64,000 nt of DNA from the human T2T-CHM13v2.0 reference genome, Homo sapiens: NCBI RefSeq assembly GCF_009914755.1, contig NC_060935.1, one strand, 5' to 3'. This document shows, piece by piece, positions 55,831 to 64,000 of this stretch. The notes under the pieces were generated by a model. It did no database searches. It was not told the origin of the DNA and saw nothing but the letters and a program-made list of their open reading frames with translations. Positions within the stretch are counted from its first letter, which is position 1; the number at the start of each line of letters is the position of its first letter. The position numbers and the translations under genes are program-made.

Positions 55831-57105
55831 CATTTGGAACTATAGTCTGAAATAGTGGCTGTATAAATAAATAGTATACAAGTATTAGCTCCTATTATTA
55901 TTTATTAGCAGTAGTTTTTTTAATGGTGTTTTCTCCTGCATCAATTGACGAAAAATTTAGGGTTTACATTTACCTGCCATAGTCCAGTTTTGGCTCTTGA
56001 TCACTCATGTGCTACATTCACATGGATAGCCCAGAAACAAAAATTTTCAGGTATAAGAAAATCCAAGCACATGTTTTGGAAAAGAAGAAAAAAAGACAAA
56101 AATTTTTATACTTATGCAGATAAATAATACTGCTAATGTACTCAAATTATCTTTTCAAATTGTATATTTACAACTGAAGATGTAGTACCAGTACTGGGTG
56201 GCCATACAAGCTTAATATTTTCTTTGTCAACCATAGGAAGGTATTTACCTTACACATTTATTCATAATTAAGAGTCTGACACAGCAGTTCTTTTAAGACT
56301 GCTGATACCAAGAGAATCTCTGTCTCGAAATAAATTTTATTATTTCTTTTAGAAGGTAGATACTTCTTTGCAACCACCAGTTCAATAGAACTATCGTCAT
56401 TTCTAACCATTATTAGTATCTCCAGCTTTGAGATAACCTTAGCATGTGGTCCCCTTTAGGTAGCCAAAGCACTTGACACTTTTCACTCCCCATTACCATC
56501 TATGCATGCTCCTACCTTGATACAGGAAACTACTCTTATCTACACAAAAGGGAAATAAGGCATGGGGTGGTTAAAATGAGTTGTTCAAGGTTTCACAACA
56601 AGTAAGTGATAACATCATGCTCTGATGTCTTCTGATTCCAAATTCAGTGAGTGATCTTTGTCTACCTGATACTTTTTAGTAAGCCTTAAATTCTTATTTA
56701 AATTATAATACAATTATTTATTATCTCAGTTCTATAGATGAAAAAAACAGAGGCTTTTAGAGGTATAGTACTCTATATGTCTATACCTTTTAGAGGTATA
56801 GTACTGCCAGCCAAATTTATATGGCTGGCGGTCCTTCAAATGAGGCATGTATATTCACAAACATATATTCTCTTTAAATATCCCTGAATATATTTGAAAG
56901 TTAGACTAATTAAAAAATTATTTGATTTTGGAATAGATATACTCCCCTCTGCCAGTAATATAGGTATGACTCAGGGTTTTGACCTCATCAATGCAGCACT
57001 CGAATCAAATGACATGATCAATACACAAGTGCGTTGATCATGACTGGTGTGAAGCTGATATCAGTTTATATTGAGCCAAAATCAGTCACAGAGGCTGCTT
57101 ATTAG

Positions 57106-57237
57106 TAGGGTGACCATGTGATTTATTATCTAAATAAGGATGCTTTTGAGAGTAAAATTGGTGCTATTAATAGCCATGCTAGGACAACAGGATTATCTGG
57201 GATTGTCCTAAGTAGACACACTTGCATGGCTAGCCTT
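57106..57237 (+). mobile_element. MER94-like (hAT-Blackjack)
   Basis: tagggtgaccatgtgatttattatc...cttttgagagt...ggacaacagg. Confidence 0.75.
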
Positions 57238-58301
57238 CAAATAGTCTATGAATATGACCACTGACTTATGTGACCAGCATTGCTTCCAGTAAGGAAAATA
57301 TATGGTCATTCACGGACAAAAAGAAAAAAAAACATGAAAGGGTTTTCACATTTTGGAGGCAGACACATCCTTGCAAGTTTCATCAAATGAGCTTTGTTTG
57401 CAAAAGAGCAGGGTTCATATTTTAATCATAAATACTTCTCATCATGAATCCCTTGAAGGACTGGAAACTCCTAAAATGTGTTTTAATAATAAATACTTTC
57501 ATGTAGCTTCAATCTCCTCACCTCCCCATTTATCTGGTTTGTGGAATCAGTGCTTGCCTTGTTGAGCTGTGAATAGATTCTTCTATCCTGTCTCCAGCTA
57601 TGTGCTTGCTAATTTCTCCTTGCCAGGTGGCCTGCAGAGCAGAGCCCTGATTTCAAATGCTATCTCCAAACAGAATGGCAGTGGGAGGCCAAAGGAATCT
57701 ACCAAGAAAAGCATAATTGAAGAATGTTTAAAAAGTTATAATGGCCTGTCTTGATTTTGATGCTAATCTCATATTAAATCCTACAGTGTTTCTTGAAAAC
57801 AATGGCATGGAAATGACTTAAAGGAATTTTGCACTCCCTAGGACCTTCTCTTCCTCCTTAATGTATTTATTAATACTACACGTTTAGGATTTTTTAAACT
57901 GTTTTAAAATATTAAGCTGAAAAGATTGGTCTGTCAATTAACTGAAAACTTGAAGAGCAGGCAATTTTTATTCCCATGTTTATATCACTGTTTCTTTTAT
58001 GCAACTTTAGCCCTAGGCAAAGTAGTGGAGTCAGTAAGATTTCCCTTTCATACCCATCTAACCTTTTTCAGTGCCTGTCTCTTCCATTTTGTGTCTTCTA
58101 GGATTCTTACTATTATTTAGTACTCCAAGGGCTTGGTCTGTGTGCACTGTCAAGTCATAATTTTGTTAGATCTATCTAATAGGGGCCCAATGTACTCCTC
58201 TTCCTAAGGTCTACACTTTGTTATTGTAGACTTTTAAAAATTCCTCTCCTATACAACGTTTCCAAGCACCAGTGAAATGAATCTGTAGTAGTGAAATTTC
58301 A

Positions 58302-58736
<435 letters not shown>

Positions 58737-59443
58737 TCAGAGGAGAAACTGTAGGGGAGACTGAGCTGGCTTTCTACTGAGGGACTAATATTTACCCCAC
58801 CATCACCCCAGTGTCCTTCAAAAGCAAACATGAGAGACATAAACCAGAGATAAACCACTAAACTGTTAGCCGCTGGAGTAGGGGCTATGTTTCTTACTTG
58901 CTTTCTCTCTGTCTTTGCATCTGGCCCATGGTACATCTAACTGTCTCAGGTTTTTTATTTTATTATTTTGGTAGAAGGAAAGAAGAAAAGAAGGAAGGGA
59001 AAGAGGGAATGATGGAGGGAGATGGAAAAACAGATATTTGAACCAAAGCCTGTGTTTTTCATCATAAAATCTCCCTATATCTTGACTGTAGTGTATCGAT
59101 GGCTTCTGTTGTGTCCCTCTTCTTTGCCATGTCATTATGTATTTACGAAAGACGCCAGGATCTTGCCTGCTCCCTGAAAGGAGGCTATCTACTAAAAAGC
59201 AATATGTTCTTTTCATCCAGAGATTTTCAGATAGATGGCCTAAGGAGATTGTATTTTGAATATTAGCTTGAGTTTTTGAGATCTTGAACTTTTGAATCAC
59301 ATATCTGGTGAGAGAAGTCTAAGTCTTATAAAGAATGAATTTCTGACACACAAATGTTCCAATTGCATTCAGAACAAATGTAGTTGGTTCTTAAATATGG
59401 TCTGAATGAATGAATAATATATAACAGAGTTATCAAAAAATGT

Positions 59444-59810
59444 TGTAGTCACTTCTTCTGTTCACTGATAGTTGTGCTTCTACTACCTGAAGACATATGG
59501 TAAGATTGTCTTCCTCTACCTCCTTAAAGATGCAGCCAGATGGTTTATTTTGGCCAATGAAATGTGCGCTGAGGTGACATGTGTCATTGTGACATAGGCA
59601 TCTTTAAGATATACCATATTTTCCCCCATTACCACAACGGAACAGAAAATGGTGAGATTCTGGTTGGTGGAGTTGAGTTTGTGTCCCTGAGTGAAGATTA
59701 TTTGGAACTATCAAACTGTAATTAAAATGTATTGTGAACAAGAAAGGTTTTTCAGGTTTAAGCCACAGAGTTCTGGAAGATATTTGTTACTATAACATAA
59801 CATAATCTAT
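59444..59810 (+). mobile_element. MLT1 (MaLR) LTR
   Basis: tttggccaatgaaatgtg...gtttaagccacagag...tttgttactataacataa. Confidence 0.7.
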
Positions 59811-60162
59811 TTCAATAGTCACATATAAATTCAACAGAAGCCAGAGTTGATGCTGCATTTAATAGAACCAACAACACATTTCTAGCTCAGCCTGAGAGGA
59901 AGAAGCATTCTTGACATGATGAAATGCCCTAGAAATTTAATTCCAATTTTCTTTAAGTGCCACCTATACCATATACCTATATGACTTGGAAGGAAGGAAA
60001 GGAAGGAAGGAAGGAGAGAGAGACAGAGAGAGAGAAAGATAGAAAAAGGAAATTTCAATTTGAATTGTACCTTACATATTTACCATATTTACCTTATTTG
60101 ATTTATATAGCAACTCTAGATTATACCTTGTATAACTTTTTAAAATAAATCCTATATTTTAA

Positions 60163-60285
60163 AGCTGGGCATAATGGCATAAACTTATAATCCCAGCTAC
60201 TTGGGAAGCTGAGGCAGGAGGACGACTTGAGTCTAGGAGTTTGATGCCAGCCTGGGCAACAGAGCAATACCTCATCTGTAATAAA
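60163..60285 (+). mobile_element. FLAM Alu monomer
   Basis: gctgggcataatggc...cagcctgggcaacagagc. Confidence 0.85.
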
Positions 60286-60294
60286 TATATTAAT

Positions 60295-61125
60295 ATTTCA
60301 TTTTAGAAAAGTTTTTGATTTACAGAAAACTTACAAAGATAGTACAAAGAATTCCCCCTCACCTAGTTTCCCCTATGATTGCTATCTTACATTAGTATGG
60401 TGTATTTACTGTAATTAATGAACCAATACTGATAAATTATGAAATAAGATTTATATTTTTTTCAAACTTCCTTAATTTTTATTTATTTTTTTCCCTTGCT
60501 AGAATCCCATCGGGGGTATTCCATTACATTTAGTTGTAATGTCTCCTTTGGGTCCTCTTGGATGTCATGTTTTCTCATACTTTCTCTGTTTTTAATAATC
60601 TTGAGAGTTTTGGGGAGTACTGTTCACATATTTTGTAGAATGTCCCTCAATTAGAATTACTCATGATTTGACTGGAGTTACATGTTTTTGAAAGATCACA
60701 GAAGTAACATGACAATTTTTAATACATCATATTAAGGTTACCTACTATAATAAGCCTTAGCATCATTGATGTTGACCTTCACCACCCAGCTGAGGTAATT
60801 TTTGTCAGATTTCTCCATTACAGTTACTTTTTTTCTCTCCCCTTTCCATATTCTTCACTTGGGAACTAGTCCCACTCACTAGTCATGATTAAGAGGTTAT
60901 ACTTTATCTCCTTGTGGGCAAGGTATCTACATACTTTATTTGGAATTTTTCATCTTCCATGCTTATTTTCCCCAATTTATTTGTTTAGTTAATCAGTTTT
61001 TTTTACCAGTATAATAAAAGGGTAATACCAGAGTAACATTAAATTTTACCTATTTGTTTTGGTGAAACTATTCCAGCTTTTGCCATTGGGAGGTCCTTCA
61101 ATTGGCTCCCATGCCCATTTACATA

Positions 61126-61168
<43 letters not shown>

Positions 61169-61570
61169 GAGCACTTTCTAGCATCTGCAAGATGACCTAG
61201 ATTCATCTTAGACATTTCTTGTCTCAGTCCCAGAATCAATTATTTCTCCAAGGATCCCTGGAGCTCTGGTTGCTTTTATGGAGAATAAATATTAGAAATC
61301 AAAATCTGAGTCCTAGGTGTGCTTATAGCTACTGCAGTGTCATTGATTCTAGTCATCTCAGTGGACAGAGCAAGAAAATATGTTTTTATACTAATTCACA
61401 TATATACACATAACTATAAATACTTCTATAAGCATCTTTATCTACATTAAGCTAAACATGAGTGTATACTAATGTCACCAACTCTAATTCATTACCATAT
61501 GGATCATTCTACACATTTTCTCTTGGTTATCTATAAACTCCAACAGTAAGAAACCTGATTCTCAACCTGA
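60295..61570 (-). mobile_element. L1MC-type 3' end with (TG)n at 61128-61164
   Basis: tttacagaaaacttacaaagatagtac...ttttgtagaatgtccctcaatt...catttagttgtaatgtctcc. Confidence 0.8.
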
Positions 61571-62739
61571 TGCATATTTTTAGTCCTGTATTATAGATAT
61601 GGACACTGAAATTCAGACAAGCATTATGGTTTATCTAAGGTCTATAACTAGATATCAGAACACAACCCAAACCACAGCTTAACTTTTGAGTTCAAATTCA
61701 GTGCTCTGGAGCTCTTTATCCTATGGCATGTTCTGCAGGATTTGTCAGTATCTATGGGTGAGTTAGTGCATGCCTTTGCTATCACCGCCAAATATTTGAA
61801 GGAAAAAAATCTTTAATCTTTTAAGAGATATATAAAAGACCATTTACATTTATGTATTGGGGGTAACTCTGTTATAAAAAAAATTCGTGTGGAAGACTGC
61901 ACCATTACCACTTCCAGACACTTCAGATGAATTTGAACAGGACACACACACAAAAATCCATGCCCTCCTGCTCAGTTCTACAACATGCTCTAAGCTGACG
62001 TGTCAAAAAGCAAACAGAACAGAATGGATTTAGTGTAGATTTTATTATGATACTTTCTGTTCAGCTTTTTGAGCTAGCTGGAAAAGAATGCTACCTTATT
62101 AGCATTATTTTTTTTTCTCTTTTAGTTGCCAATTAGCAATAACATTAATGAGATCATACCCTTTCTTAATTTTTATGCACTGAGAATTTTTATACACCAT
62201 GTGTTTTTTAAAGGCTGACATATGCTGTTTACACCTTTTTATCTGTATGATGAACAGATATTTTAGTTTCTTTTTTTCTAGAAGATTGTCAGAGCTCTTT
62301 GTTTCAGTCTATCTGGGTAGAAATAAGTTTTCCTGTAATTTCAGTATCCTCATTCTAGTGACATCTTTGAATAAATTTCCAGATCATCTTTAAATTGTTA
62401 TATATACGGTGATCTGTCTGGCATGGCTTGAAAGCAATTCTAGCAAGAGGTAGGGAAACTAACCTTTGGAAATCGCTTTAAGCTCTGGGTTAATATTCAG
62501 AAAAAAATATGTTCTAGTAGAATATTTTTAGGTGGCAGTAAATTCCCTTTCTTAAAATTTATCAAGAACAGTCTATGAATTTAAACATCAACTCTGACTT
62601 AATGTTAACTGAAGATGAAAAAATGTTCCATTAAACAATAATTATTCTATTTTCAGTTAGTCTGTGGGCATGCCCAAATGTAATAATTCTCCCAATCCTG
62701 GCTTGTTCTCATATTCCCATATCCGGTTTATTCCAACAA

Positions 62740-63360
62740 TCTCTTTGTTGGTCTCTTGGTTTCTCATCTCACTACTTAATACGTCTTCATATCAGCTTAG
62801 TTTCCCTAAAACATGACTTTCATCATGCTATACTCCCTTATTGAAAAGCCCTATGAATTTTCATTTCCAAAATCTTAATATCACTTCAATTCAGAGTAGG
62901 ATTTTTGTTCTCCACACTATAACTTAGTGATTTTTGAAGTTGTCAAATGGTCTCTTCACTGTCCTCAAACTTCCCATGCTTTTAACCATGCTGTTAGCTT
63001 CACCTAGAATTATTTCATCTCTTTTTCTGCTTACCTAACTCTTACTCATTCTAAGGACAGCATAAGTTCTACTTCCTCCTTAAGGACTTTCCTTACTGGT
63101 TTAGACTCACTGATTTCTCTTTCATTCAAACAGTTACAGAATCTAAAACTTGTCATATTATATAAACATACGTATTTGGTTAGTTTGTGTTTATATTGTT
63201 TCCATATACATTCTGTCATGTAGTGTTAACTCTTGTTCTGTATACACCAATATTCTCCTCCCAGTCATTGGAAATTTGTTGCAAATTCTATGCCTTCTAA
63301 TTCTTGATCTTTATGTTGCCTTAGGAAGGGTTAAGAGCATGATGAACACTCAATGTAGAT
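62740..63360 (+). mobile_element. L2 fragment
   Basis: catgctgttagcttcacctagaat...cttactcattctaagg...cttcctccttaagg. Confidence 0.6.
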
Positions 63361-64000
63361 GATTCCTAATTAACAAGTATTTTACTTACAAATGGTATTG
63401 ACATATTAGCAAATGTCATTCCTTTTGCCTTCACTTGCCATAATCTGCCCATTTGTTTTCATGTCTGAGAAATCTAGTGTGGAAAAAAAATTCAACTTCG
63501 AATTTTAGAAAATATCTGGATCAGAGATTTAGGAAATAATGATTCTACATTATTGAGAATAATAATAAAGATAATAATAATAGATGTCTGGACTACCTAT
63601 GTGGTCATTTCAGACTTCCTATTTTCATTTTACTTGGTAAAAAAAAAATAGGAATTTTAGAGTCTAATAGACTTACAGGTAAATTCCAGATCCACACTTT
63701 GACAGTTGTATGGTTTCAGCTAAATTTTCTCTACACAAGGGATAATAATATTGTGTACTCCAGAACCACAGGGTCATAATGCCCATGTATTGTTTCTAAT
63801 TGTCATATATAGTACATATTCTCTCTATTTTTAGTATTTATATCTCCTTATGAATACTGGAAAATTCTGACAGATACTAAAAATTTAGTAATGACTATTG
63901 AATCTAGCCTTTGTATTTTAGAAATAAGGATCAGAAACCAAGAGAGATCAGATGATTTGTTCAAGTTTATAAAACTGGATAGCAGTGCCATTCAGAAGAC

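Noticed and set aside
58866-59300. 144-aa minus-strand ORF
   Set aside because: Non-ATG start, low-complexity tract, no recognisable homology or exon borders.

Overview
AT-rich primate (human-like) genomic DNA, judged from AluY/AluS, THE1, MER9 and L1PA content. About half of it is recognisable interspersed repeat. No intact protein-coding gene, RNA gene or CpG island was found, and most ORF-track entries are repeat-derived or chance. The main result is a decayed, intron-containing gene of about 20 exons on the minus strand (~53.7 kb down to ~8 kb), lying in the unique sequence between the repeats. Translated across stops and frameshifts, its exons match motifs of CPLANE1 (C5orf42/JBTS17, ciliogenesis and planar polarity effector 1) in the correct N-to-C order. 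The locus looks like a compact, highly diverged CPLANE1 paralogue that is now a pseudogene here. The CPLANE1 peptides used for comparison are recalled from memory and aligned by eye, so tblastn/HMM confirmation is needed. Smaller items include a palindromic CTCF motif, an orphan polyadenylated retro-insert with TSDs, and several templated-insertion scars.
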